Source: a phage. From it: 64,000 nucleotides of DNA. Made by a program: the position numbers and the translations under genes. Shown in pieces: positions 8,650 through 17,772 of this stretch. Each line of letters opens with the position of its first letter. The stretch's first letter is position 1. The notes beneath the pieces are model-generated. The model saw nothing but the letters and a program-made list of their open reading frames with translations. It was not told where the DNA came from and searched no databases. The stretch lies in assembly GCA_027218345.1 (NCBI GenBank), contig GCA_027218345.1_3950.1. One strand, given 5' to 3'.

Positions 8650-8967
8650 TGACTCACCTCTCATATTTTTGTAAAGGATAAAGCTTCTGTCATGGACGAT
8701 ACTTGTAGATACTGCAAAGTTACTTTCAAGCATCTGTTTGTTTGGATTGTAGAAGCTTTTTTTAAACTCGTCAAGTGCAAATTGGTGATTATCTGGAAGA
8801 CCTTTTATGCAGACCTTTATTGTGATTGCTGCTGCGACCTTGCCAGTCAGTTCTTCTTTAGCTGCTACTAAAATTTTGTTAAGGAACTTATGACCATCTT
8901 CAGGATTCTTGATGTTCTCCCAACGTTCTTCTAAGATAATGTTGATGTTCATCTCTTTTATTTTCAT
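8632..8967 (-). CDS. hypothetical protein
   Basis: 111-aa ORF. Confidence 0.4.
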   Translation of the reverse strand: MKIKEMNINIILEERWENIKNPEDGHKFLNKILVAAKEELTGKVAAAITIKVCIKGLPDNHQFALDEFKKSFYNPNKQMLESNFAVSTSIVHDRSFILYKNMRGESCKHIG

Positions 8968-8984
8968 AGTTTTCTCCAGAAATT

Positions 8985-9006
8985 AAAAAGGCTCCCGTAG
9001 GAGCCT
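8985..9006 (-). terminator. rho-independent terminator (AGGCTCC-CGTA-GGAGCCT)
   Basis: Same stem sequence as hairpins at 3065 and 40080; A-run on plus side; downstream of nadV. Confidence 0.55.
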
Positions 9007-9020
9007 CTTATCATATACTT

Positions 9021-10802
9021 TTAAAGCTGCTTGTCAATATTATTTCGAATATCGCCAAGAGTTGTGTAACCGAACTGCTCAGAGTCACTAAAGACTAAAC
9101 GTAAAGCACAAGCTGGATGTTCAAGCACATCTGCAAAGCTCTGGAATCCATAGCCATCTACAGCTTTCAGCTTATCACCATCCCACATGGGCGCTACACC
9201 ACCAAAAGCAGACTTCTTAACACCGCTATCTGTTTTAGGGTCTTTTGCAAGCATAATCTCTTTACCACCAATGCTTGCAAGAGTTGCTTTGACAGCAAAT
9301 GCAAAGGTGTCACGAGTCATGTACTGGTAAGTATAAGAACCTACACCAAACACTACGTTAGAGCTTGCAAAACCCATTTCATACAGACGCTTCAGGATTT
9401 CGTTTGCACGTTCCAACGTGATAGAGTCACCATAGATAAGGCCGATATGTTCATCCAGTACCTTAAAACCTTTAGAGTTGATAGTTCCTCCAAAGATGTT
9501 ATACAAGGTCTTAATAGCTCCATCAATCTCTGCTACAGGACGTGTTACAACGTTTGCAGAACCAACCATATAAGCATTCTTCAACATCACTGTATCAGCA
9601 ACTTCAAAGTCTTCTCTGTCAACAACCATTTCGTAGCCTTCTGACAGTAGCCATCCAGCAATGCCATAGTTGATGTTTTCAAGCTTCATGTTCAGAACAG
9701 CATTCAACATTGTGTCACTAGCTTCCAGCTTGCTTAGGTGCTCGTAATAAGCCTTCTTAGCACACTCTAAGTGGATTGCTTTATAGCCTGTGACAATATG
9801 TACAGGGTCTCCAGAGTCAGGGCGAATTACCAGTTTGCCGTCACGTTCCATAATCTCTTTACGAAGTGCTGGTAATATAACTGATACAGTTCTCCAGAAG
9901 TTATAAGTATCTGAAACAACACTTGCAATACCAGTTGGGTAAGTTTCTGTTAAGAAACGACGGAAGGTTTGTAACTCACCTTTAAAGCGTCTTTCTTCTT
10001 CAATCAACTCATTACCACCTTCCCAAGCAATGTTTGCACACATTACAGAGTGTTCAGTGGCTGGTACAGAACTGCCAATATCAGAAATTGGGTAAGACTG
10101 TCCATAGATGCGTTTAGCTGTATATACAGCAGGGAAGCTATCAGTTCCTTTAAAGCTGGTTAAGTGACCTACAGCATTAAATGCGTCATCGGTAAAGCCG
10201 GACATACCACGCATAGCAAAGTCATGGCACTGATAAGGTAAATGTAAGTCATTGTCACAAGTAAGGTCAGCCCACTTCTTACAGATGCGTTTATAATGCA
10301 ATGCAATAGTCGCAATGGTACAAGCCTTCCAAATCTCAGCAGAGAAAGCATCTTCCAGATAACCTGCTACCCAATGGAAACCTGAAACAGTGTTCTGGAA
10401 GACAATCATTGGGACACGCATAGGGACAACTGTGCCTTCTTCTACAGCGTATACTTCAACTGGTAGATAACCTAAGTCGTGAAGTGCTTCCCAATGCTCT
10501 CGACCGATAGCATCTTTACCCAGAACACCATTCATGACTTCTAAGATTTCGTCAATTGCTTCTTTTTTATCACGTTCAAAGAAAGTGGCGTTCCAGTGGT
10601 CTATCAAGTAATCTTTAACAAAACGTTGAATACCAAAAGCCACTACACCATCAATTGCTAAGGGGCTGTTAAACCATTTATCACTACGTGGTGTCAGGTT
10701 GAACATCAAATATTCTGTTGCACTAGGATATTGATTGATATGGCCTGATTTGTAGCAATCTGCGTTAAGTCCTGCTGGAACTGCATAAAGTGATTTAGTC
10801 AT
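9021..10802 (-). CDS. nadV: nicotinamide phosphoribosyltransferase (NadV/NAMPT-like)
   Basis: NAPRTase-family features (N-terminal ...NADCYKSGHINQYP..., about 590 aa); start set at internal Met because the track start lies inside an intergenic hairpin. Confidence 0.6.
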   Translation of the reverse strand: MTKSLYAVPAGLNADCYKSGHINQYPSATEYLMFNLTPRSDKWFNSPLAIDGVVAFGIQRFVKDYLIDHWNATFFERDKKEAIDEILEVMNGVLGKDAIGREHWEALHDLGYLPVEVYAVEEGTVVPMRVPMIVFQNTVSGFHWVAGYLEDAFSAEIWKACTIATIALHYKRICKKWADLTCDNDLHLPYQCHDFAMRGMSGFTDDAFNAVGHLTSFKGTDSFPAVYTAKRIYGQSYPISDIGSSVPATEHSVMCANIAWEGGNELIEEERRFKGELQTFRRFLTETYPTGIASVVSDTYNFWRTVSVILPALRKEIMERDGKLVIRPDSGDPVHIVTGYKAIHLECAKKAYYEHLSKLEASDTMLNAVLNMKLENINYGIAGWLLSEGYEMVVDREDFEVADTVMLKNAYMVGSANVVTRPVAEIDGAIKTLYNIFGGTINSKGFKVLDEHIGLIYGDSITLERANEILKRLYEMGFASSNVVFGVGSYTYQYMTRDTFAFAVKATLASIGGKEIMLAKDPKTDSGVKKSAFGGVAPMWDGDKLKAVDGYGFQSFADVLEHPACALRLVFSDSEQFGYTTLGDIRNNIDKQL

Positions 10803-10816
10803 CTTGTAATCTCTCT

Positions 10817-10840
10817 CAAAAGTGGGGCTTACAAGCCCCA
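10817..10840 (-). terminator. hairpin (TGGGGCTT-ACA-AGCCCCA) between prs and nadV; terminator/attenuator candidate
   Basis: 7-bp GC stem with A-run on plus side (U-rich tail on minus transcript). Confidence 0.4.
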
Positions 10841-10849
10841 TGTAATAAT

Positions 10850-11749
10850 TTAATCAAGGTTTGCTACAGTTACTTGACCATAGTGTGACAAACCACGGTC
10901 TTTCGCTTCACCTAAAGTATTTGTAGTGTAGATATGGTCGATTCCGTTGTCAAGCAAGTTTTCAACACCTTTAGAGAAAATCCCATGTGTTACATATAGT
11001 TCCACACGTTTTGCACCTGCTTCACGAAGATGTTTGGCTGCTTCTATGAAGGTTCTACCACCATCACAGATATCATCCAGAATCATGACGGTTTTATCTG
11101 TCAAATCAACATCATCAAGGATTCGCATACCAGTAATTTCACCAGTCTTAAGGTTACGCACTTTAGACATTGTGATGTATGGTTTATCCACCTCTTTAGC
11201 GGTCTCTGCAACCTTCTTAGCAGCACCTGCATCTGGGGCTACTAAGTAATCAATCAGTGGGTCATTTGCATAGTGGACTGCAATTTCCTTTTGAGGAATA
11301 CTCTGGAAGCAATTGAAAAGGTTATCTGGAACGTAACTGTGAGGGTCAACTGCACAGACTGCACCAAATCCCATTGCATTCACCTGTTTAGCAAAAACCT
11401 TTAAAGCTGCTGCATCACCTTTAAACATGTGACGGTCATATCGTGCATTTGGTAAGTAGTAAAAAATGACAGTCTTCAGGGCATAATCATGAGGAACTAA
11501 ATCATCAATTGATTCTTTAGCAAGTGCCACAGCAAACAATGTGTCTTTGTCATAACCCTTTACAATCATAACCACATTGTTAATAGATGATGCTGCATAA
11601 GCAGTAAAATCAACAAGCTCTTGTGAAAAATGTCCACCAATCTCACCAGAAGGGAATTGGATGATGTTAAACTCTTCTTCATGAGTTCCTTTAGTCGGTG
11701 AATGAACTGTAACACGGATAGATGTTTTCATAGTTTCTCTCTTAGTCAA
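10850..11749 (-). CDS. prs: ribose-phosphate pyrophosphokinase (PRPP synthetase)
   Basis: PRTase signature VMILDDICDGGRT and Prs-like N-terminal half; 299 aa. Confidence 0.7.
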   Translation of the reverse strand: MTKRETMKTSIRVTVHSPTKGTHEEEFNIIQFPSGEIGGHFSQELVDFTAYAASSINNVVMIVKGYDKDTLFAVALAKESIDDLVPHDYALKTVIFYYLPNARYDRHMFKGDAAALKVFAKQVNAMGFGAVCAVDPHSYVPDNLFNCFQSIPQKEIAVHYANDPLIDYLVAPDAGAAKKVAETAKEVDKPYITMSKVRNLKTGEITGMRILDDVDLTDKTVMILDDICDGGRTFIEAAKHLREAGAKRVELYVTHGIFSKGVENLLDNGIDHIYTTNTLGEAKDRGLSHYGQVTVANLD

Positions 11750-12020
11750 AAGTTACGTTTGTTACTGCCATTGCAGATTTGCATTTTGCAGGGTCTACAA
11801 CGTGATAAAGTACACTACAGTTACCTGTGCTGTCTGGGACAGGCTTTACCCATTGATGCTTTATAGTTGGCTCTCCTAAGTCTTTGTAAGAACCATCTGT
11901 AAAGTTGTTTACCATCTCAAGTGCAATTGGTTCTGGAACATGACCGCGTATCATGTACATCTCACAACCATTACCACCTTCACTGACTAATGGTAAAATC
12001 TCCCACTTTTCTTTAGCCAT
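11742..12020 (-). CDS. hypothetical protein
   Basis: 92-aa ORF. Confidence 0.35.
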   Translation of the reverse strand: MAKEKWEILPLVSEGGNGCEMYMIRGHVPEPIALEMVNNFTDGSYKDLGEPTIKHQWVKPVPDSTGNCSVLYHVVDPAKCKSAMAVTNVTFD

Positions 12021-12528
12021 TGTAAGTTGCTCTATAAACTGTCTCGAACTTCAACAGGAGAGATATTGCCAAATCTGTATAGTTGTTGTCAAGCACATCT
12101 GGCATATTATTTTTGATATATTTCTCTTGCTCTTCATAGGTCATCTTAGGGATACTTAGGAGGCTATCTCCTTGCTTCTGGTTATCAGCTTTAGTTTGGA
12201 TAAACCAGTTCGCACAGTGATGTTCACCACCTTTTGTAACAGGTTTGTGGTGGCCTAGTGTAAATGTTTGCTTACCCGTATACCTGCAAAGATTGTTCAG
12301 TGTTGCAATGGTGTTCTTCACAACACACCATTCATACAGGTTATCTATTGTGTAGTGTGGGTAATAACGGACAAGTGCTCTTTCACGGAAGTTATCATGA
12401 TTCCAAAGAACCATGTGATTAGAATTTGAAGGGTCATATTTGTGGGAGTCTATAAACTCTTGACGCTCATCAAAGCTGAGTCTTAGAACTGACATTGCAA
12501 CCGAACGTTTCAGGTTTGACAGGTACAT
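12013..12528 (-). CDS. hypothetical protein, possible HNH-like nuclease
   Basis: NNLC...GHHKPVTKGGEHH segment loosely HNH-like; inserted between prs and nrdG region; weak. Confidence 0.3.
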   Translation of the reverse strand: MYLSNLKRSVAMSVLRLSFDERQEFIDSHKYDPSNSNHMVLWNHDNFRERALVRYYPHYTIDNLYEWCVVKNTIATLNNLCRYTGKQTFTLGHHKPVTKGGEHHCANWFIQTKADNQKQGDSLLSIPKMTYEEQEKYIKNNMPDVLDNNYTDLAISLLLKFETVYRATYNG

Positions 12529-12579
12529 TTTACCTCCAAAATAAAAAGGGAACCTTTACAGTCCCCTTATAGTATCTGT

Positions 12580-12900
12580 TTACTGAGCTACTTTCAAGAT
12601 GCTTGTGAATGAAATCTCACTCTCATCCATAAACTCTTTTGCTTCTCCAGTAACTTTCACAAAGTTATCTAGGCAGATAATCTTCTTATCTTTCTTGCTG
12701 TAGGTTAGCTTAACCTTTTCAATATCTTTCTTAGAACTTTTCTCTTCATTGAAGAGTTTTACAGCCTCTTTAAACGGTAGGTATGAACCATCGTCGTCGC
12801 TAATAAAACCTGTGCCACAATAGTAGAAGTTGTATTCTTTAGCCATAAACTGGCACAGTACGAAAATCTGTAATTTGCGAGTGTTATAAACTTTGCTCAT
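12580..12900 (-). CDS. hypothetical protein
   Basis: 106-aa ORF. Confidence 0.35.
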   Translation of the reverse strand: MSKVYNTRKLQIFVLCQFMAKEYNFYYCGTGFISDDDGSYLPFKEAVKLFNEEKSSKKDIEKVKLTYSKKDKKIICLDNFVKVTGEAKEFMDESEISFTSILKVAQ

Positions 12901-12902
12901 GA

Positions 12903-13160
12903 TTATTTAGCCTTCTTATTGCGTTTACGGTTACGAGCTTTCTTAGCTGCTCGTTTAATAGCTGCTGCACCAGTTGGTCGATGTGCTTGTTTTTTACCAC
13001 CTTTACCACGGCCTACATAGATACTTTTCATAATCTCATTAGCCAGCTTCTCATCCATCTTGAAGTTCTGCATAAGGTGAGTCACATCAACGCCAGTGAG
13101 CATACCTAATGAAGCTAGTGCTGCTTTTACTTTTGATTTAAAACTGTTCCAGAGTCCCAT
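12903..13160 (-). CDS. hypothetical protein with highly basic C-terminus
   Basis: 85 aa; C-terminal KRAAKKARNRKRNKKAK. Confidence 0.35.
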   Translation of the reverse strand: MGLWNSFKSKVKAALASLGMLTGVDVTHLMQNFKMDEKLANEIMKSIYVGRGKGGKKQAHRPTGAAAIKRAAKKARNRKRNKKAK

Positions 13161-13283
13161 TTCGTATCTCTCTCAATCTTTTCACAAAATGTTTTAAGTT
13201 CTTTTCAGTGACACAAACGGTTAAGTTTGTTCTGTAGAACATTGTAAAGTGCCCTTTACCGATAACCTACTTTACGACTAGAC

Positions 13284-13769
13284 TTACTCTGCTCGCCATT
13301 GACAATCGCCTTGCCATCCATACTCTTTTCTCCAGAGGTTTTGGTTATCAGAACCACGATATGGTTTAACTGTTGGTTTAGAAGAATCATACTTACCATC
13401 AATCACCACGTCAACATATTTCATCACATCTAGATGAATTTTTTCGTGTAACTGAAAACCTGTCCAGAGCCAGATAGACTTTTCTGGGTAAACAGTTTTA
13501 ATACGTTTACATATGTTGGTGACTTCTTGAATGTTTCTGTCATCAAGAGGTTCTCCACCAAGTATTGACAAACCACTGATGGCCTCATCATCCATTAATT
13601 TAATGATGCCGTAGAGGTTTGCATAAGTAAACTCTTTACCAGCATTAAACTTCCAAGACTCCCTGTTAAAGCAGCCTTCACAGTGATGTTTACAACCAGC
13701 TACGAAGAGGCTTACACGAACCCCTTCGCCATTAGCTGTGTCAAATGGTCGAATCTCCATGTAATTCAT
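13284..13769 (-). CDS. nrdG: anaerobic ribonucleotide reductase activating protein (radical SAM)
   Basis: N-terminal FDTANGEGVRVSLFVAGCKHHCEGCFN, typical NrdG Cys cluster; 161 aa. Confidence 0.7.
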   Translation of the reverse strand: MNYMEIRPFDTANGEGVRVSLFVAGCKHHCEGCFNRESWKFNAGKEFTYANLYGIIKLMDDEAISGLSILGGEPLDDRNIQEVTNICKRIKTVYPEKSIWLWTGFQLHEKIHLDVMKYVDVVIDGKYDSSKPTVKPYRGSDNQNLWRKEYGWQGDCQWRAE

Positions 13770-13778
13770 CTAGTTACC

Positions 13779-14078
13779 TCACCAATACATATAAGTGCTC
13801 TGAGCAGCTTTCTTTGGAGACTTGCTGTCAATGTCAAAATCTTCATCTAAGAAGGATGTCTTAGAAAGCTGACTGATTTGTGTTCTTGTAAGACGTTTAG
13901 TAGCCTTCTTAATCTCTCTACAAGGCTGACTTGTAAAGTCATAAGAGCCACCTTTTCTGGACATCATATCAGAATGGAAGTAGACATCTGAAGCATTTTC
14001 TCTGTTACGTACCTCATTTCTCCACTCATAGAGTCCGTGAACGTTCTTTAAACCTTTTCTTCGAATTGTTTTACTCAT
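13779..14078 (-). CDS. hypothetical protein
   Basis: 99-aa ORF. Confidence 0.35.
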   Translation of the reverse strand: MSKTIRRKGLKNVHGLYEWRNEVRNRENASDVYFHSDMMSRKGGSYDFTSQPCREIKKATKRLTRTQISQLSKTSFLDEDFDIDSKSPKKAAQSTYMYW

Positions 14079-14470
14079 TCAAACACCACCTGACAAGGAA
14101 CCTGTTTAGTAATAAATTCTTCACAGTGTTCTTTAATGAAGTTTTGTAATGGCACACAATCTTGTGCACAAGTCATTAGCATAATGTACTCTGGATTCAT
14201 GATGTTTTCAAGAGTGTAGAAGACAACATCATCAGATAATTCATGACCGTCTTCTTCAGACCAAGTTCCAGAGACTACAGCTAATTTGTCAAGCAACTCA
14301 TTAGGCAACGCTGCACCATCTTCTACGGAATCACTTAGAACGTTGTCACTGATGTACAATGTGAAGGTCGTATGGAATGTTGAATATCTTACGTGATTCT
14401 TTTCGCAAGAGCCACACTCTGAGGCGTAATCTTTAATCCACTCTAACTGTTTTTGATTCAACTTAATCAT
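14075..14470 (-). CDS. hypothetical protein
   Basis: 131-aa ORF, overlapping stop/start with neighbours. Confidence 0.35.
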   Translation of the reverse strand: MIKLNQKQLEWIKDYASECGSCEKNHVRYSTFHTTFTLYISDNVLSDSVEDGAALPNELLDKLAVVSGTWSEEDGHELSDDVVFYTLENIMNPEYIMLMTCAQDCVPLQNFIKEHCEEFITKQVPCQVVFE

Positions 14471-14667
14471 AATTTCACCTTAGTTGGTAATGCACTGAAT
14501 GCTATAGCTAACCCTAAAAATGGTTTGAAACATGACCATAAATCCATCTGACCATGATATGCGAAACTCCATTGTGGGTCTGAAAAACCCCATACCATAA
14601 CACTAACCCCAAAGAAGAAGATTAGAATGTGGAGTATGTATATCAACGTTTTTGATATTTTAAACAT
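14467..14667 (-). CDS. small membrane protein
   Basis: 66 aa with two hydrophobic segments. Confidence 0.3.
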   Translation of the reverse strand: MFKISKTLIYILHILIFFFGVSVMVWGFSDPQWSFAYHGQMDLWSCFKPFLGLAIAFSALPTKVKL

Positions 14668-14821
14668 TTTAACTTATCTCTCAACTCACAATAAGAGAGT
14701 CCTAAAAAGAACCCTAGTAAGACAGAACCTATGAACAACCCAATAATACTCTCTGCCATATCTAACATCCAATAAAAAAGGTGATGTAAGCCTATCAAGA
14801 CTCACACCACCTTGTCAAGTT

Positions 14822-15769
14822 TTACATAGAAACTCTGTCACGAATCTCAGCAATTTTTGCATCATTCATTCGGGATTCACCTTTAATCTTAGTCCATCCA
14901 AGATAACCACACACCCTGTTAATCACAGAGATATCATGTGAATGGCAAACCTCACATTCTTCAACATCAGCCTTTGGTCTGTTACCACAATGCTCACAGA
15001 TTGCTAAGTCAAAGTTAAGCCCCTGATAAAAACCTTTCAACATCCCTCTGGTAATACAACTTTTAAGTGCTGTTAAGTTTTCTGGGTTAGCTACCCTTAC
15101 ATACTGGATTCTGCCACCTCTACAGATGTGGAAGAATGGCTCTTCTAAGTCCTGCTTCTCAAATGGTGAAATGTTTGCTGCAACATTCATATGGAAACTG
15201 TTTGTAAAGTATTCCTTGTCAGAAACGCCTTTGATAACACCAAACATATCTCTGAACTGTTTTAGCTGAGTTCCACACAATGACTCTGCTGGAGTGCCAT
15301 ATACTGCATACAGGAAGCCATCTTCATTCTTAAACTCTTCAGTTTTCATGTTAATGTATGCCAGAACATCGTATGCAAAACTAGAACTTCCAACTTCATG
15401 GAGTCGTTTACCTTCAGCAAGAACAGATAACTCATCAAGCGCAGTAACCCCAAAAGAAGCTGTGAAGGACTTCACGATATCCCAACCAACCTTGTCGGTA
15501 GGTTTTTTAGTTCCTTTGTACAAACCACCTTGTGTGAATGCAAGAGGGTTAGAACTTGCTGGCATATTAGCAATCATTTCGTAGCGTTTCTTGTGGAAGC
15601 TGCGAATCATCTCTAGGTACTTATCAAGCTCTTTCCAGAAATCTAAACCATTCTCTTTAGAATACTGGTAAATCATTGGTAAGTTCAAAGATACCGCACC
15701 AATGTTAGCACGACCTACATAAAACTCTTCACCATCTTCGTTATGGTATGGTGATAAAAATGCTCTACA
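14822..15769 (-). CDS. nrdD: anaerobic ribonucleoside-triphosphate reductase, exon 2 (C-terminal part with glycyl-radical site)
   Basis: Frame stays open upstream of the track start back to a Cys codon near 15767-15769 (CRAFLSPYHNEDGEEFYVGRANIGAVSLNLP...); C-terminal Zn ribbon CEHCG...CEVCH and RVCGYLG. Confidence 0.7.
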   Translation of the reverse strand, partial: CRAFLSPYHNEDGEEFYVGRANIGAVSLNLPMIYQYSKENGLDFWKELDKYLEMIRSFHKKRYEMIANMPASSNPLAFTQGGLYKGTKKPTDKVGWDIVKSFTASFGVTALDELSVLAEGKRLHEVGSSSFAYDVLAYINMKTEEFKNEDGFLYAVYGTPAESLCGTQLKQFRDMFGVIKGVSDKEYFTNSFHMNVAANISPFEKQDLEEPFFHICRGGRIQYVRVANPENLTALKSCITRGMLKGFYQGLNFDLAICEHCGNRPKADVEECEVCHSHDISVINRVCGYLGWTKIKGESRMNDAKIAEIRDRVSM

Positions 15770-16085
15770 CTTGTTGTTCAGGTAAGTTCGCTACGCTTAC
15801 CCCGCTTTATTCAAGCTGCTTACTGTCGCCAGTAAGTCCAGACTATATCTTCTACTTATTTCTAAGTAGCGTACCATTTCGAGTCGCTTGACCCTACACC
15901 GCTACATTCATCACGGTTAGTCGTTCGGCATTTAGATGTATTCAAACTCATATTCGAAGTTACTTGGCATGTAAGACTCCTATGTTGTATAGTTTCTTAC
16001 ATCGTACATCATTTAGCACAGGATTGTCTACTCTTGTAGAGTTTCCCTGTTTAGGCACGTTTTAGATGAGCTATAGAGCTTGTTA
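15770..16085 (-). ncRNA. group I self-splicing intron (about 315 nt, no ORF) interrupting nrdD
   Basis: P-like AACAGGGAAAC, Q-like CAATCCTGTGC, S-like AAGATATAGTCTGG (plus 15841-15852 is its complement), 5' exon ends in U, intron ends in G; boundaries +/-2 nt. Confidence 0.65.
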
Positions 16086-17282
16086 ACCCATCGGCGAAAT
16101 AACCTTGCCAGAACGCTCAAAAGCTTCTGCTACAGCACCATGACCAGATACACTTAAGAAATCTGGATACATCGCTTTAGAGCAACACTCAATAGCTTTA
16201 CTGTACAGGTGACTTTGACAGATATTTTCATCATGTCTCTTCTGGTCATAAATATAAACCAGTTTAGGGAATACAACAGGCTTCTTGCTCTTACCTTGTC
16301 CATTCATACGAACATCTAGGAGAGTACTTGCAATCATGTATTGTAGCCGGTTGTCTTCATTAGACATATCTGAGTCAAGTAAACCAAATGTCAAAGTTGT
16401 GAATGCGAAATCACCACGGCTGCAAGGTACGGTGTTTAGCTTCATTTCAAGTGATTGAAAACCTTGAGTCAATTCAAGCTGTAGCTGCTCCATGACATAA
16501 TTATGGTAATGTTCTTTAGGAATACCATAAGATGCTGCTTTCTCAGCATGGTAACGTAGAGACTTCTTAGCATACGGTACAAGTACCTTATCAATCTCTG
16601 CTAAAGTAAAGCCACCAAATTGCTGTGCAGTTGCTGAAAGAACTACATCACCAATAACCTGTAAGGCTGACAGCACAGACTTTGGTTCACAGTATTCAAT
16701 GCCAGACATTTCAAAGCCACCTTTCAGTACTTTACCAATGTCAAACAAGCAACAGTTAATACCACCAAAAATTAGGTCTCTTAAATCATGGATATAGATA
16801 AACCCTTTTTCAATGGCTTCAAGTTCCTCTGGTGTTAAGTGGTACTGTTTAAAGATTTCTTTAGTCAGATAACCACGAATAATTGAACCTTTTGTAGAAA
16901 TTAAACTGCTGTCAAAATTAGCGTTTTCTCTGTCACCTAAGAAGAGTGTATCTTTGGTCTTCTGGTAGAGTTCATCCCAATTTTGAGCAACCTCTTTACG
17001 GTAATTTCTATATGTTGAGTAAGACTCATAAATCTCGTGATTGACTTCTGCCAAAGCACCCTCAACAATACTGTGAATATCATTTACTGAAACGAGTAAA
17101 TTATTCTGCTTAGTGGACTTTACCAGAATCCTCATAAATGCTGACTCAAGAGCTTGGGTAACATCTGGTGGAAGCTCTTTATAACCAACTCTGTTAGCTG
17201 ACTTTGTGACTGCTACTAAAACTTTTTTGATATCAGGTTCTTCGAGTGAGCCATTCTTTTTAATAATCTGTACTTTGTTCAT
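16086..17282 (-). CDS. nrdD: anaerobic ribonucleoside-triphosphate reductase, exon 1 (N-terminal part with ATP-cone)
   Basis: 399-aa ORF ending ...VISPMG then stop that falls inside the intron; class III RNR-like; continuity with exon 2 after intron removal. Confidence 0.7.
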
Positions 17283-17301
17283 TATTGCCCCTTTACATGC
17301 T

Positions 17302-17322
17302 AAAAAGGTCTCCGAAGAGACC
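17302..17322 (-). terminator. rho-independent terminator (GGTCTC-CGAA-GAGACC)
   Basis: 6-bp GC stem, tetraloop, flanking A-run and T-rich tract. Confidence 0.5.
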
Positions 17323-17330
17323 CTTTCATT

Positions 17331-17537
17331 TTAAATCTTTTTAGAAAACTTCGCAAAGAGTTCTCTTAGTTTTTCAGTGATGTCCAGATGTATCTCTAGG
17401 ATTTCAAATATAACCCATAGTAACATGACTCCAAACAACAAACCTTGTTTAAAGTCAGTAAATAGGTTAGCAATAAGCATACCAATTACAATAACTGGTG
17501 CATCAATAACCAAACCTTCCCAAAGGCGTTTAAGCAT
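17331..17537 (-). CDS. small membrane protein
   Basis: 68 aa, two hydrophobic helices. Confidence 0.3.
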   Translation of the reverse strand: MLKRLWEGLVIDAPVIVIGMLIANLFTDFKQGLLFGVMLLWVIFEILEIHLDITEKLRELFAKFSKKI

Positions 17538-17772
17538 TATTCACCTCTGCCATAAAATTCTGTAGCGTCCCAACAGGTTTTAGGTTTTGTCCATCAGTTT
17601 TCATGATGAATGGCATCTGACGAACTGGCATCTGTGCAATGTCCATTAGTTCCGATAGCTCATAGTCCTGCCCTAACATTCTCACAACATGGTCAATACC
17701 ACGAGCTTTTGCAAAATTCTTTGCAGTCTCACACTGAGGGCATCCAGTTTTGGAGTAAATTACATAAGTCAT
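17530..17772 (-). CDS. glutaredoxin/NrdH-like redoxin
   Basis: CPQC active-site motif near N-terminus, 80 aa, adjacent to nrdB. Confidence 0.6.
   Translation of the reverse strand: MTYVIYSKTGCPQCETAKNFAKARGIDHVVRMLGQDYELSELMDIAQMPVRQMPFIMKTDGQNLKPVGTLQNFMAEVNNA

Noticed and set aside
9117-9644. 175-aa ORF on plus strand
   Set aside because: Antisense inside the nadV-like gene; no independent evidence.
16080-16145. Apparent 1-nt frame inconsistency when hand-translating the 3' end of nrdD exon 1 (stop read at 16082-16084 versus track 16083-16085)
   Set aside because: Most likely my manual indexing error, not a real frameshift; the ORF track shows a continuous 399-aa frame. Coordinates in this area are therefore given with +/-2 nt uncertainty.
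14822-17282. nrdD interpreted as a disrupted pseudogene or two separate genes
   Set aside because: Both halves are intact, the downstream frame is open upstream of its annotated start and continues the protein exactly, and the intervening sequence has group I intron core elements; an intron is the better explanation.
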